Of a stretch of 64,000 nt of DNA, positions 1-14,701 are shown piece after piece. The stretch comes from Chrysomallon squamiferum (taxonomy: Eukaryota; Animalia; Mollusca). The DNA lies in the NCBI GenBank assembly GCA_012295275.1, contig CM022665.1, forward strand, positions 20,832,001 through 20,896,000, written 5' to 3'. Position 1 is the stretch's first letter; each line of letters starts with the position of its first letter. A program made the translations under genes and the position numbers. The notes under the pieces are model-generated. The model saw nothing but the letters and a program-made list of their open reading frames with translations. It was not told where the DNA came from and did not search any database.

Positions 1-260
1 GCTCTTTACAAACTGGCCCCTTCACAGCACATGTATATTTTATAGTCAAAACTGAGTTCTTTATTTATATCACCCCCATGATACTTCCTGAGTTCTTTAT
101 AACCTGGCCTTATAATAGTTCTCACATACATATAGCCAGAACCAAGTTACTTATTCATCTCCTCCCTCTCCACCAGAAACCTTTATCCATTCTTTATGAA
201 CTGGCCCTATGTACACACATTCGTAGACAAAACTGAGCTGATTTACCTCATACTTTCCCC
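1..260. repeat. Degenerate tandem repeat, about 95-bp unit x3
   Basis: tctttacaaactggcc, tctttataacctggcc and tctttatgaactggcc, each followed by a cacat..tag..aaaactgag-like motif. Confidence 0.6.
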
Positions 261-1610
261 AGGTCTTAACTAAACATACATACATTACATATTCTACCCC
301 AGTTCGTTACCCATCTCATTCAATATTTTTATATTTACACCACTGCTTTGCCCATTATGTCTCTCCACTACATTTGTAGTAAATATCAAATTATGCACAT
401 CCAAATGTTTTCTGCTGGCCAGCACATTGAGTATTAAGTGTTTTGTACGACTAAAGTTGCTTGTGTAATTTTTCATCCTCTGCATGTCTGTGGTTAATCA
501 AATTAAAATTCTGTGCCCACCTGGGCTTCTACAAAAAGATAAAACTATTGCTTATCTTTCTTATCTATAAGTCTTCTGTGAGTGAACTTTCTTACTTCTG
601 TTGTTTCTTTTTTTACTTTTTTTTCTGTTGAGTTGTTTCCTGATTGTTTATGTAGAGCATAACACAGATTGTTTTAATTTAAGAAGTGATTTTAAAGTGC
701 ATTTCTTTGCATTTCTTTTCTTAAAAAAAGGAATCGTTACAAGCAAAACAAAAAATTTAAAAATGATATTTCATTATTTATTTATTATTATTATTCTTGT
801 TGTATAATATTTTATTTTTACAGTGTATAAATTTTGGCTGCTGCATTTTCTAAGAATTAACAAAGCAAAAAAATGCCATCATGAAATTTTCTCATGTCAA
901 AAATCATCTCAGTTAAGAAAAGTTTCTTTGAATTTTAGGCAAACTAGTAATTATAAAATCTTGGAATTACTTTTGTAATATATATTTCTAGTTTACTTTT
1001 CTTGTACAAAAGTTAATTTGTTTATATTTCTAATTTTCTTGTATAAAATGTTTATTTTTATTTCCAGTTTTCTTGCATCAGATTATTATGTAATTTATTC
1101 AGTCAGATTTTCTTCCAAAGTAATATTTAGACATTACCTTTTGTATTTAATCACACACTTCATGTAGGCACCTTATTTTCTTCTAGCATGTGTAGAAATT
1201 ACAATTTGTATATTTTGTATGTAATTATGTTTCATGTAGTTGTGGTATTTTCTTCGTGTGTGATGAGTACACTGTATACTTACTTTGTGTATTCTCTATC
1301 AAATTACTTTTCATGTAGTTGTGGTATTTTCTTCCTGTGTGATGTATATACTTAGTGTATTAGTTGTAGTAGATGCATGTGATTGCTATCAGTGGTATAG
1401 GTGAAAGTGCAGCAGCAGCAGCGTTGCCCTGTACGTGAACCCAGACTGCCAATTAACAGCTGTCTTGTTGAATAAGAACATCTGAGGCTGACAGCTGATG
1501 AGTTTGGTTTTCTGCTACATGGCAGGAATTTTTCTACACATCTGTGTGTGTGTCGTCTGTGTGTGTGCATGAGTTTGTCTTTCTGCTACATGGCATTCTT
1601 CTAGACATTC

Positions 1611-1653
<43 letters not shown>

Positions 1654-2607
1654 GGCATGCGTTCTTCTCCAAGTCCTTATGTTTATGGGGTGTGTGTGTC
1701 TTTCAGATGGAGAGAGAAAGTGTGTGTTCAGTTTTGTGCCACATGGCAGGCATTCTTCATGTGTATGTTGTGGTGTGAACTAGAATTGTTTGAACTTGGC
1801 TCTGTGAACTTCACATGTATACTTGTGTTAAACATTTCTTCAAGTTCAGCAACCTTTGAAATCCTTACAGTTGGTGCTATAATAAAAACTGAACTCTGAC
1901 AATAAATACTTTGGAATTTTTATAGATGAATTATTTTAAAAAGTTAAAATAAAGCTTTTAACTAAATAATTAAATTTAAAAAAAAAATAACAGATTATGA
2001 CACTATCAAGAAAGTGTTTGGCTGAATTAGTTTTTGACACAGTACAATGTATTTGAAGTGGTTTATAAGGGGGTGTCCTGATAAGATGTGTTAAGTAGTT
2101 GTAACAGTCAAGTGGTCTGATAAAACACATGCAGTATTAATAGTTAAACTGTCCATTTATGAAACATTGAGATGGGGTATACTAATATACAGTTACATAA
2201 TTAACGTAATTTGTCAAAAACATTGTACTGTGAGATGATACAATGCAGTCATGGCAATGTTAGATAGTGTAATTGTGTATTGTAAATCAGGGTGCTTAAA
2301 GTATATTGTGTAGTATGGTGTAACATATTGTTATAAGGTATACTATGTATTGTGTAGTAAGGTGTTTAATATGTATTGTGATGTGGGCTGACAAAAGGTA
2401 CTGCTAAATAAGTAGTAAGTAAATAGTCTTTCTGTTGTATTTTGGTATTATAGTACACTGTATTATGGGAAGATAGTTACCAAATTCAGCTCTTGCTTGA
2501 ACAAGTTTTGTGAAGAATTACCTTTTCTTGCTCAATCTATCATGGACTATTTCAGATTCAAGTCTTGTCATTCAGCAGATTTTTCAACAAACATACATGC
2601 TTTTATT

Positions 2608-3200
2608 TTTGATATTACAAAAGTAACTGAACTGCAGACTTAAAATAAAATTAGATACTAAAAACAACAAATTTAATCTGTATATTTAGTATTTACAAAT
2701 GTTCAAAATGTCTACCTTGAATTTCAATACAATCACAACACCTTTTGACAACAGTGCGACATACTTTTTGGCAAGTTTCCACTGAAATTTGGTTCCAATT
2801 TGGATACAAGATTGAGCACTGTTGATTTACTCGGTACAGGTGTTCTAAAGTTTACTTCCCATCTTTCTTCAACATGCTTGTAGCTAGTCACTGCATAGTA
2901 ATTCTTAATAACGAAGATACGTTCGTTTAAATCTAAAGTTCTTTGCTGCATTTTTAAGAGTGAGGGTACCATTTCAAGTCAAACCATGGAGAGTGCAATA
3001 GCGCACGCTAAAACAGAAGTCTCAGTCACGAAGAACACTACAATCAGGTAACAAAAATCATTCCAAAGACTACTACTGACAGAAGTAACTGAATAGTACA
3101 AAAGATAACATAAAATGACATTAAAGATGGAATTGAATTTGTTATTTTTAATATCTAATTTTATTTAAGTTTGCGGTTCAGTTTCTTTTGGGATACTATG
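2608..3200 (-). mobile_element. Internally deleted Tc1/mariner-superfamily DNA transposon (about 590 bp, non-autonomous)
   Basis: About 65-bp imperfect TIRs (caaaagtaactgaactgcagacttaaaataaaattagatac / atatctaattttatttaagtttgcggttcagtttcttttgggatactatg|TA). The N-terminal HTH segment (ERIFVIKNYY..SYKHVEERWEVNF..PVPSKSTVLNLVSKLE) abuts a transposase C-terminus (ISVETCQKVCRTVVKRCCDCIEIQGRHFEHL*) in another frame. Confidence 0.85.
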
Positions 3201-4205
3201 TATTTTCAGCTAATCAGTAACTGTAGAAATTAATTTATTTATTTATTTCAGGTTTCTTTCCTTGTAGAATTAACAGTTGCCTTTGTTACATGCCTAGTTA
3301 ATATCAAAAATGAGTTCTAGTTTTGTTAAACATTCAGATATTGTTTGTATCGCAATCACGCTCATCAAATTGCATGTGTCACCTGCCAGTGTGTTCTTAT
3401 CTGCTTCCATTGGACAGGACACCTATATGTGAATCCTTTTCCTAACAATAAGTTCAGTTTGTCTTCAAATGCTTGTCTCAGCAAGGTTTGTTTATGGGTC
3501 AGTAATTTGTGTTTGCTTCTGTTCTCTAGCTATTATTCTCATGTTTGCTTCACCAACAAGGTAGAAACGTGGTATCCTAGATTTCTTACTGTTTTTGTTT
3601 TTTTCTTTTACTTCTTATGGTAAAACACTTGGCAGAATGCATTCTGGATTAACTGTACCCACCCCTATCAGCTAACACAGGTTAACATTTTCATGGCTTA
3701 TCCTGTTTCTCATCTGCAGGTGTATTCAGCTATTTACCTGGCTTCTGTTACCTGTCATGTGAGACGTGGCTGTGACGAGATTTGCTCTGTCATTGTACAA
3801 GTTGTCTTTTGTGTGCGTTTTGTTCATACTAGACTGGTCACTGTACTGATAATCAGTTTTTTTTTTTTATACAGTGACTCACTGGATTTCATAAAAGAAT
3901 GAATGCAAACACACACAAACACACACATAAAGAAAAAGAAAAAAACCCTTCAAATGTTTCACTTTGTTCATGTGAAAAAAAAAAAAAATTTATTATCTTA
4001 ATTACTTACTAATTTTTGAAGAACATCCTACAGGATATTTTTCTTTTAAATAAATGTAATAAATTATGCTGCATCTTACTATTAGTTGTCGTCTTTACCT
4101 TTATAAAATTGCTGTCAGTTAATATTTCATTTCAAGTAATATGACAAGAAATTACCTTGAAATATTTAGGCATTCTACAAATTACTGCGTTAAACACTAC
4201 TCAAT

Positions 4206-4206
<1 letters not shown>

Positions 4207-4268
<62 letters not shown>

Positions 4269-4275
4269 CTCTCTC
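4207..4275. repeat. (CA)n(CT)n microsatellite, representative of many SSRs: (GA)n about 1617-1650, (AAAT)n about 6605-6655, (TAA)n about 7508-7548, 25665-25713, 34368-34417, 39890-39942, 63888-63940, (CA)n 41536-41588, (CT)n 52837-52890
   Basis: Directly visible perfect repeats. Confidence 0.95.
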
Positions 4276-4694
4276 TGAGACAGTTGTGTATATCTTTACA
4301 GAGATCAGCCTATTGTTATTTGTAGTCCAATAAGGTGGTTTTTTTTATACAACATTCCACAAACTTTAAAATAAATTGTAAAAAAAAATGTAGCAAGACA
4401 GTGATAAACAATGTTTAAGTCAGTTATTTTTGCCATTCTTTATACAGGGGGAAGTTTTAATGATGCAAGCTGAAAAATGTGTTCTGTTTGTATTTAGAAA
4501 ACATGAGAAAAACCCATCAAATTAGAAGTTTACATACATTCTTTTTGTTGTTGTTGTTGTATATCTTTTTTCATGGTTTGCACACTGATACAACCTGTGT
4601 GAGGTCTGTTGTCTGTTCCTCTGGAACTCGGTACACAGGAAAAAATACTCAGAAAAAAACCATCCAGTAATTGTAAACCAATTTGTATCACCAT

Positions 4695-4950
4695 TTCCTT
4701 GCCACATTTGTAATTTAAATGTCATGTTTCATAACATGCCACATTTTTTATTTTATATATCTTTTGCATTATAATTCGCCACATTTGTATATGTAATTTA
4801 ATGTCACTTGTGTCTAACAATATGCCACATTTGTAATTTAATATTACACTTCTGTACATGTTAATATGCCACATTTGTATCTGTAATTTCATGTTATTTT
4901 TATTTTTATTTTAATATGCTTTTTGTTATTCTAATTGAACATGCCACTTT
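4695..4950. repeat. Degenerate tandem repeat with a gccacatttgta core
   Basis: Six recurrences of (t)gccacattt-like motifs. Confidence 0.7.
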
Positions 4951-5222
4951 TTAAAATTTATATTTTAATATTTATATTTGAATGTTTTTTTCTTCTTTTC
5001 TTCGTGTGTGTTATGTACGTGTGGATGGCTGTGTGTATATATATGAATGTAATGTTTATGTGTGTGTATATAAATATATACATATAAATTCATCCATGTT
5101 GAATACAAAGTAATCTTCGTGTTTCAATTTCATGCTCATGCAAGTGAATGTTAAAACATTTCTTTTTCTATTTTTTCTACTGTACATTGTTATCTTCAAT
5201 TATTATCACTTGATATTTTCAG

Positions 5223-5353
5223 AAATTAACAGAGTTAGGGTATCCATCTTTCATCACAAAGATAACAGGAAGCCGCTCATTCTGCCAGAGAACAATGGCC
5301 CTGTGGTACAGCTTCAGGAAAAACTATTTGTACCTGCCAAACAGCACCCAGAT
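5223..5353 (+). CDS. QKI: QKI coding exon: (E)[43 protein letters not shown]
   Basis: ttttcag acceptor and GAT|gtaagt donor. Matches the post-QUA1 linker and KH start (EISRVR...QLQEKLYVP..PD pattern). Confidence 0.95.
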
Positions 5354-6130
5354 GTAAGTTCACATTTTTAAAATTGCTTTTATTTTGATACATTCACACC
5401 CCAGTTGACAGTTGACATTTTTGTATGGTTTATTATAATTACAGTGAGTAGTCATTAAATTCACATTTTGAAACAGTTCATTATATTAACACCCAAATAT
5501 ACACCAGTAAGGACGTTCACATTTTTAATTTGAAATATTTACTCTAAATGAACTTGGTTTAATTTTTTTTTTTTTTAAATAGTTTAGCATTCACACCCCA
5601 GTCAGTTCATTTTTATCTAGTTTATTATTTTCACAACCAGAATAAACCCTAACTGAAAATTAGTTCACATTTTGAAATATATTATTACATTTGCACCCCA
5701 GTCAGTTCACATTTTTATATAGTTAGTCACACCCTAAATACATCCCAATAAGTAAATTCATTTTAAAATAGTTTATTAAAGTCAAAGGCCAAATTAAAAA
5801 AAAACAATAAGTAAATTCATTTTTTAAAACGGATTATCTTTACATCCTAAATCATCCTAAATATACACAAATAAGTAAATGAACATTTTGAAGAAGTTTA
5901 TTGCATTCATTAGCACAAATAAAAACCAACAAATGAATTCACATTTTAAAATTATATATTTGCATTCACACCCAAACTAAATTTCTGTTATTTTTAGTTT
6001 ATTATATTCAAAGCCCAAATCTAAACAAATAGGCAAATTCACATTTTGAAATAATTTATTACATTCAGGCACATGAGTATGAGATCCCATTATAATATAT
6101 AAATACATGAACATACTTCTTACCAGCAGA

Positions 6131-6169
<39 letters not shown>

Positions 6170-6605
6170 ATCTGCTTGTTTCCATGGTAACAGTTCTGGT
6201 TATCAAAGGAGTGGTTAGTGGTGTGTAAGTATAATTGTTCTTTATTGTGAATTTTTGTTTGTTAATTATTTTTTTTTTAAATTGCTATAGTTAGTATTTG
6301 ATGTAGTGAAATTTGTGAGGATATTCTTGAAGATTGTCATATCCCTAAAACCAAACTGTTGCTGTCAAAATGTGACAGTTAGTAATAACAGACAAGTGTT
6401 AGAACTAGGCAGTCAGATTAATTTTCCAGCTGTGTCTCCTTCACAAAAATGTTCTTTAATCATTTGAAAATACTTCCATTTAAACCTTGTAGCATGGAAT
6501 GTATTAAGATGAGTCTAGGCCCTAAAGCTATGGCTGAAGTGTATAAGTTGCAATTTTAATTAGACCAGAATAATAAATATATTAATGAATGAATGAATGA
6601 ATGAA

Positions 6606-6656
<51 letters not shown>

Positions 6657-7503
6657 AATTAAAATCAAATCAAATCAAATGTATAAATAAAAATAATAAA
6701 CAAAAGAAAAACATTTCAGTGTCTATTCCATTTATCTTAACATTAATTCTTGTACTAAGAATTCTATTATTTTTTTTATTTTTTTCCAGATTATGGTATA
6801 ATTTAAAATCAATATAAAAACAGCATCTGCACTATTTAGTTAATAAAATAAAATATTCATAAGATTTGTAATTTAATATGTAAACTGGCTTTAACAAAAG
6901 AAAATGAAGGCTAGCTTAAAAAACTCAGTTCAGGAAATAATAAAAACAATAGACAAAGTTCTGTTCATAAAAAGTAAATAGTTAAATTAGAAACAAGACT
7001 TTTAAATTAATTTATTTTGTACATGTCTTTGTTCAGTATCTTGCATCCTATTCGGAACAAGATGAAAAATGTAGGCAAGAGTGTGGATAATTCATAACAG
7101 ATGTCTGAGTGGCTGCTGCTATTACATGCTGACGATGCTGTCAACACTGCATTCCTGTAACTAGATCACACTACCGCAATGTTATGTCATAGTCAGTTTT
7201 CAAAATTTGTTAGAAGGTTTAACTTTTTGTATATAGTTTGAACATTTAAATCTTGAATATTTTGAACACATAAATCCTATGCAAAGAATATATATAAAAA
7301 ATATATGGACATTTAAATCATGTACAAATTTAAAATTAAATTTTATATATATAGGTTTTTTTTCTCATTTAAATAAATGTAAATAAATGTAAATAATTAA
7401 AAACATCAGAAAATGTGTAAAATAAGAAAAATATGGGTGGACAGAGAAACAAATTTTTAAACAGTTAAAAACAGCAACAAAAAAGCCTTGTCCTCACTTA
7501 AGA

Positions 7504-7552
<49 letters not shown>

Positions 7553-9567
7553 GAAGTAGTAAAAAAATCCAAATTAAAAAGAAAAAAAATGTTCTCACAA
7601 AAAAGGCTACACAGTAAAATACAAGAGTAAAAAAACAAAAATCCAGGAACTATTGGACAGGTTTGTGGTTTGGATGGTTTGCTCACTGGTGTGTTTTTGA
7701 TTTGTGTAGTTTATTTATTCTCTGGGATATTGTAGTAATGTTGTAGCATTACTTCTATTTGGGACAGCTGGTTCCTATTTGGACCACTCGTGTAGGATTA
7801 GGAAGTAGGCAATAGGCTGACATTACGAGCTGTAATGACAAAACAATTGATGTTTGATGTGTATTAAGTTTAAGTGTTTTGTAATCCGATGTTACTACAG
7901 CAAAATCGATTAACGACTGCAGTGTGTGTTTTAAAAATAAAAATAATAATAAAAAAAACATTTGCTGCTTATTGATGGATGTAGCCTTCTAACCATTTAC
8001 ACTGTAATTGAGACGTGTAGAATTTGTTTAACCTAAAAACCTAAATAAATAAAATATATACAAACCTATTTTTTGGCATTTTTTTCTTGTGTTTAAATTT
8101 CTTTTATTATATATTACTGGCAAGAAAAGTCACAAAGTACCATATTCATTTTCATATTGTAACTCTGTATCAGCTTTTTGTATGTATCTCATATGGCTCT
8201 GCTGGAGGATATGAATTAGAAGGTTTAAGTGAGATGTATAATAAAAAAAATTAGTTCGTTTGATGTGTGCCGCAATTTTGTTAAATGAGGAAGTTTAAAA
8301 ATATATTAACCTGACTTGGGGCATGTTATACTGTGCAGTGAAGTGTGACCATTTCAGTTCATTTAATATGTAAATTTAATATGTAAATTAGCTCTTCCTG
8401 ACTTACAATACAGTAAATAATGTTATATTTAAAAAACAGAATTATGAATATATATATCAAATGTTCCTTGTATTAATGAGTATATGTGGTTTTATTTTTT
8501 TATTTTTTGCATATATTGCTTTTATTGGGGTGGTGGTGTTGGTTTTTTGTTTTAGTTTTTGGTGACTTCTGTTTTTATTTTTTATTAAATTTTTTTATTT
8601 CATTTTATTTATTACGTATTTATCTCTAGTTATCAATCTATTATACATTTTATTCGTTACATATCTGTCTCTCTCTATCTTATCTATCTGTATCTGTCTA
8701 TTATAAAGGCAAATACATTATTTGTTGTAAATTTTCAAACATTACTTCATGCAAACCACTATGTTAAATGTATCATGATTCTTTCTTCATTTTCAGTTTA
8801 ATTTTGTGGGGCGGATTCTCGGCCCCCGGGGGATGACTGCCAAAGAGCTAGAGCACTTCACAGGATGTAAGATAATGGTTCGAGGAAAAGGATCAATGAG
8901 AGACAAGAAAAAGGTAATTAGTACAGCAAAACAACATTTTTTTTAATGTTTGGTATATAGTCATTTTGTCATCTGACATCCTGGAGTGTCATTAAATGTT
9001 CATTCATTCCTTTATTTATTGACTTGTTCTTTCATTCATTCACTTTGTGTGAAGATTTGCATGAATTTTGTAACCTGTGTGAAATATAAGTTTAAGTAAT
9101 TCTGTTGAAACATTATTATCAATCACAACCAACTCACTACTGACCATCACAGAACACTCAGTACTGACCACCAGTTCACTATCACAACTATCAAGTTGAC
9201 TATCTCTTCTAACCAGTGGCTATCAAAACCACAGAGATGTAACACAAGATGAGTTCAGCTGTTGGCCATTTTACTTATCTGGCAGAGATCTAAGAGTAAA
9301 AACAATCTCTGACCATCGGCTTTGGAACATCTCCAGTTTGCTGCTTACTGATTCTGATGTGCTCCAGTCTAGGTGCAGAATGTCAGCTGAGAACAACATT
9401 ACAAGCAGTAATTGTAAATAATGACAACTCCATACAAGTTTAACTATGAACATCTCCAGGGAAAATAACTGCATTGTGAGACCAGTGTATTATCAGTGAA
9501 CTCGCCACCTATCATTTTCCATTACAGCTATCAGTTCATTAATTTAGTCTGTTTTTACTGAACTGTG

Positions 9568-9609
<42 letters not shown>

Positions 9610-9796
9610 AAATCAGTACTTGAAAATAATTATTATTAAATGCTATTTAAACAAATGTTAAAACTTAAAATCAATTTTTGCAGCTTAACAATACTTTTGT
9701 TAATATTTAAAATGTAGTACATTTAGGCAGAGTAAACTTTTTGAAATTCAGATATTTGTGGTGATGCACATTTCCTACAACTTATTTTATGATTAT

Positions 9797-9827
<31 letters not shown>

Positions 9828-12800
9828 GGCATATTGAAAATGGATGGATTTTTAAAGTTTATAATTTAAGATTTATTTATTTATTTAACTTTATTTTTTT
9901 TTTTTTTTTTTTTTTTTAATTTAAACTCTTTTAATTTAAACTGAAATGTTTTTAAAGGAAACTTATCTTTTTAGAAAAGGTTTAGTATTTTTTCCCCCTA
10001 TTTAAAAAAAAGTTTTTCAGCCAATGGCTGATGGGCTATATATCATTTTCCATTACAACTAACAAATTAGTCTATTTTTATTAAAGTGTTTGTCTCTGTC
10101 TATTTTTTTCTTTTTTCAGTGGTGTCATTAAACATTCTTTCATTGCTTCATTAAATCAGAAACCAGTTTATTTTTAATATTTATTTAAATTATTTCGGTT
10201 TCTGAAGAGTTTTGTCTTTCTTGCAGGAAGAGGCTAATCGTGGAAAGCCAAACTGGGAACATCTGAATGAGGAGCTGCATGTTCTGATCACAGTGGAAGA
10301 CACACGCGAACGAGCAGAATTGAAAATCAAAACAGCAGTAGAGGAAGTGAAAAAACTGTTGGTTCCTGCAGTAAGTCTTTTTCTTAATGTCTTGTCAGAG
10401 AATCTGATTCATATACATGTTTAAAAACAATCTGATTACAAAACTTGATTCCATCAGTCTTTTATACACATTTCAGCGTATGATTCATGTATATAAATTT
10501 AGAAACGTGATGATTCCCATGGTAAGTGATTTTTTCAGTTTTTCCGATTTATTTATATATTACATATAAAAACAATTTGATTAGAAATTCTTGATCCTGA
10601 CATTGTCTTTTTTGTACACATTTCAGTATCTGATTCATGTATGTACATTTGAAAACAATCTGATTACATTTCAGAGTTGACCAAACAGTCTTCTTTTTTT
10701 TTTTTCTTTTAAAGAATAAAAGTAAATAAAAAAAAAAAAAACTAAAGTTAAAGATTAATTACCATATTTTTTATAAGATTATCGTAGTTTTATACTAAAC
10801 AAGTTTTACATCTGTCATTATTCACAAAAAGTGTCATGCAGATGTTTTGTAAAATGTGAAGGTAAAATAAATTAATTTGATTATATTGTTATAGTCTAAT
10901 CTTAATTTTCTAACTGTAAAATGGTACTGTACAATAGCCATTTCAATAAGGGAAATACGTAAATTCTATGAATGGCTTGGCTTGTGATTTTTATACATCC
11001 GTCTTGTAGATTTTGAAATGTTCTGCTTAATAACAAAAATAGTAATCAAAATTTTAATTAATACTGAATTAGTGTTAATATAAAATGTTAGAAACTGAGC
11101 CAAACCCTGGAACTAAATATATTATCTGCAGCAATTCCTGACTAATAAAACAAAGAAGTGAATTTCCATACTGTTGCTCATTATAACTGCAGGCTGCAGT
11201 AAAAATTGCTATATGTTAATAGGATGGGTGTCTTAAAGAATAACTGGATAACTCATGCTGTATTCATTATAATCTGGCTGCACACGTTGTCACAAAAAGC
11301 TCAGTTATTGTTGTATAGAATAACAGTGAAAACATTTTTTCTATTTTCTTGTGTAAGCAGTTTTGATATTTGTGAACAAGTGTAGGCATAACTTGTAATC
11401 AGTTTTATTGGAGAAGATGTTAGAAAATTGCTGTTAATAAAGGTGCTGAGTTATGTTTTATAGGTTACAAATCTTCCACATGTCAAAAAAAAGAAAAAGA
11501 AAAGAAATATCTAATAATAATAAAAAAGAAAGAAAGAGAACAAAAAAGAAGAAAAGAAAAACAGATAAATACAATAAAAATATTTTAAAATTTAAATAAA
11601 AAATAATAATAATAATAAAAATCATGAATTTAAATAATTGACTGTAGACCCATTTTGGTGTGTGGGGTCCCAGTGGTATATTCTGTGTATGAGCAGGCTG
11701 TGTACACTACTGTAAAGTCTGTTACTGTGTCACGCTTCACTGAAGTCTGACAGGATCATATTTCTCCGGGATTGTGAACCCGAGCATACACAAAAAAACA
11801 GATATATTACAATATTCTCAGTATAGGATTTCTTGCCTCGTTCTTCCCAGCTGGATTTGTTTGTTAGACAAAAAAAGCTAAGATCAGATTTTTAAACATC
11901 TAACACTACTTGTTCAGTTATTTGAATTTAAAGCATTAGATAAAAAATTATATATATATTTTTTGTTAAGACACAACATTTCAGTTTAAAGTTCCAAACA
12001 TTTACTCATGTTCAATTAACTTTATTTGATTTTGAAAAGTTTGTTAAAATATTACTTATAGTTAATTAAAACACTGTTTGAATTCAAAACTTAAGATTAA
12101 AAAAAACAACACATTTACTTCTTCACTGAAACATTTTATTTGAATTCAAAACATTAGTTCAAAAAGAATTACCTGTATTTCAATTCAGACAATTTATTTG
12201 AATTTAGAAAATAAGATGAGAAATTTACTTTTATTCAGTTAAAACACTACTTGAAATTAAAACATCAGTTTTAATTTTTATTATTTCCAGTTAAAGATAT
12301 TTGATTTGAATTTAAAATGTTAGATTAAAATATAATATTTAAAATAATACTAAAAACAATTCTTTATATTCAGAAGAAACATTTGCTCTTAAACAGTTTG
12401 GTCAACAAATAATGTTAGTTTGACTTTATCTGGTATGGATAAAACACAAATCAAACTTTTAATTTCTTCAATTGTTTAGTAGCAGGTAAATAAACTGGTA
12501 TTAATAGACCATCATCTTAGAAACTTTTTTAACATTATTTGTTTTTTAAATTTTCTGTATACTGACACTGAGACCAGACCTAATCCAGTAATGAAAGTGA
12601 AAATGCCAGTGACTCCACAAAGATGTTTTCACAACTTACATGTCTCATGTGCTTGCTAATTTGAGTTCTGTTGAAGGGAAAGTTTCACTTCTAATTGTCA
12701 AACTGCTCATTCTATTTGAGTTACTTAGTTCAGGAGTTAGAAAAATATTTATCTTTCCTCCTGGGTTTCTGCGAGTACAAAAGTGTTAGGTTTCCAATTT

Positions 12801-14669
12801 AACTTCAGTCTGTTAATCTCACCTACACATGGTTACCTGTATTTGTTTGTAGAAATGTCTGTAAAAATTAGTGTGAATGTAATTAGCATACATAATTATC
12901 ATAATTATAGTCATTTGCTGGGGCAGTGTAATGTTGGTTTTAAAAACTTTATATATATATATATATACCCAAGAGGTGCCTCTGTTCATACAGGTTTAGT
13001 ATTAAATACCCACTGTTAGCCTTATCCTGCATAGTGCTTGAGAACTGAAGTGTGAAATAAGCTGAGGTCGCCACCTACCGATACAGGACAGAGGAGTTAC
13101 CTAGATGGAACTGTGGCTTACAATAACCATTAAAGATTTGTATGTATTTGTATAGATCAAAAACCCAGCAGGGAGCTCCTGTTTGTGTTCTCCTGATATT
13201 CAGACATTTTACCTACACACACCATTAATCATTGTATGGATGTTACAGAAGAAAGAAAAAACATGTTGGGGAAAAGTGGGGGAAAAAATGGGGAAAACAT
13301 TTATTGGTATGAAACATTTTAGAAACATTTTCTGCTTTTTTTAGAAACATTTTCACTGTCAGCTGATTTATTTAGAAATATTTTCAGTTTCAGTTGATTT
13401 ATTCAATCTCTATTGTTTTATTTACAAACATTGTCAGTTTTAACCACTTCATTTAGAAACATTTTTGATCTGTTTTATTTACAAACATTTTTAATCTCAG
13501 TTGCTTTATGCTTTGTTAATAATTATTTTTGTAATGAACAGAAACAGATTTGGTGGGTATGGAGGGATTAGGGATAAGAAGTTGGAAACCTAAGAATAAA
13601 TGAAATATAAAGAATGATAAAAAAAATTTAAATAAATATTACTGTCGAACTTGATAATTCTTTGGAAAGATTACATTTTTAATAAATAAATATGTTTGTG
13701 GTTAATGTGAAAATAGTTTATTACATTGCATTTTAGTTTCTGTTATTGTTTTTTTTTTTTTTTTTTATTTATATATTTTGTTAGCTTTGGCATAAGATGA
13801 AAGTTTCATAATCTTTCACACCAGTAAAAAATAACAATAACAACAAAACCAGACATTTTTTAATGTGTTTTTGTTACATTTTCTGTATTTGGAACTGGCA
13901 GTATTATAGGCTTTCTGGGTACAGGGGTCAACAACCTTTCACTTTGTTGCCAAAAATGTTTTCCGATTAGTTTTGCTTTTCTTGCTTTTGTTCACACGTA
14001 AAGATGGAAGAGAATTTAAGACAAGCCATTAACACAGAAGGTGTAAGAGAATACTGTAGCAGTTTTGTTTTTACATCAGAGTTCATAATTAACTTGTTTT
14101 TACTTTGGTTTGGTAAGCAAACTTTTTTTTGTTAGGACTACACACATACTTGATATTCTAAACGCTTTAAAGGATTTAAAATAATAATAATAATAATAAA
14201 AACACAGATTTGAAATAAATACAAAACCATCATACATTCTTAATTTTTATTTTTGATATATATATTTGAGGTTCATAGCATCCATATTTTTTAAACGTAT
14301 CTGTTAAATTGAATTTTAAAAAACCTTTTTTTGGTAAATGTATGAAACTTTTTTCATTTCTATTTATTTTATTTTTAATTTTTTTAAGAAGTATGTGTAA
14401 AATGTATTTGTGAATCTGTTAGAATCATTTATCTCTTGCTGTCAACATAAGTATTAGAAAGATTTAAAATGGCTGTACTTTTCACTGATAGGTGCAGCTG
14501 TTGATTTGTATCATTCGTGACTAACAGAAACGTTTTTCTTTTTAACAGCCTTTGAAGTGAATATGGAAAAGTTCAAACATTTTATTGCTAGCGGGGAAAA
14601 AAGTGTGCGTGTGTAACTAGTACTTTATTCAAGGTTTTAAATCTTTCTTTTTTTTTTGTGTGTATATAT

Positions 14670-14701
<32 letters not shown>

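Noticed and set aside
1380-3840. Alternative first exon or QUA1 exon of QKI in the GC-richer, E-box-rich patches
   Set aside because: No QUA1-like translation or convincing ATG-donor pair. These may be enhancers, but that cannot be supported from sequence alone.
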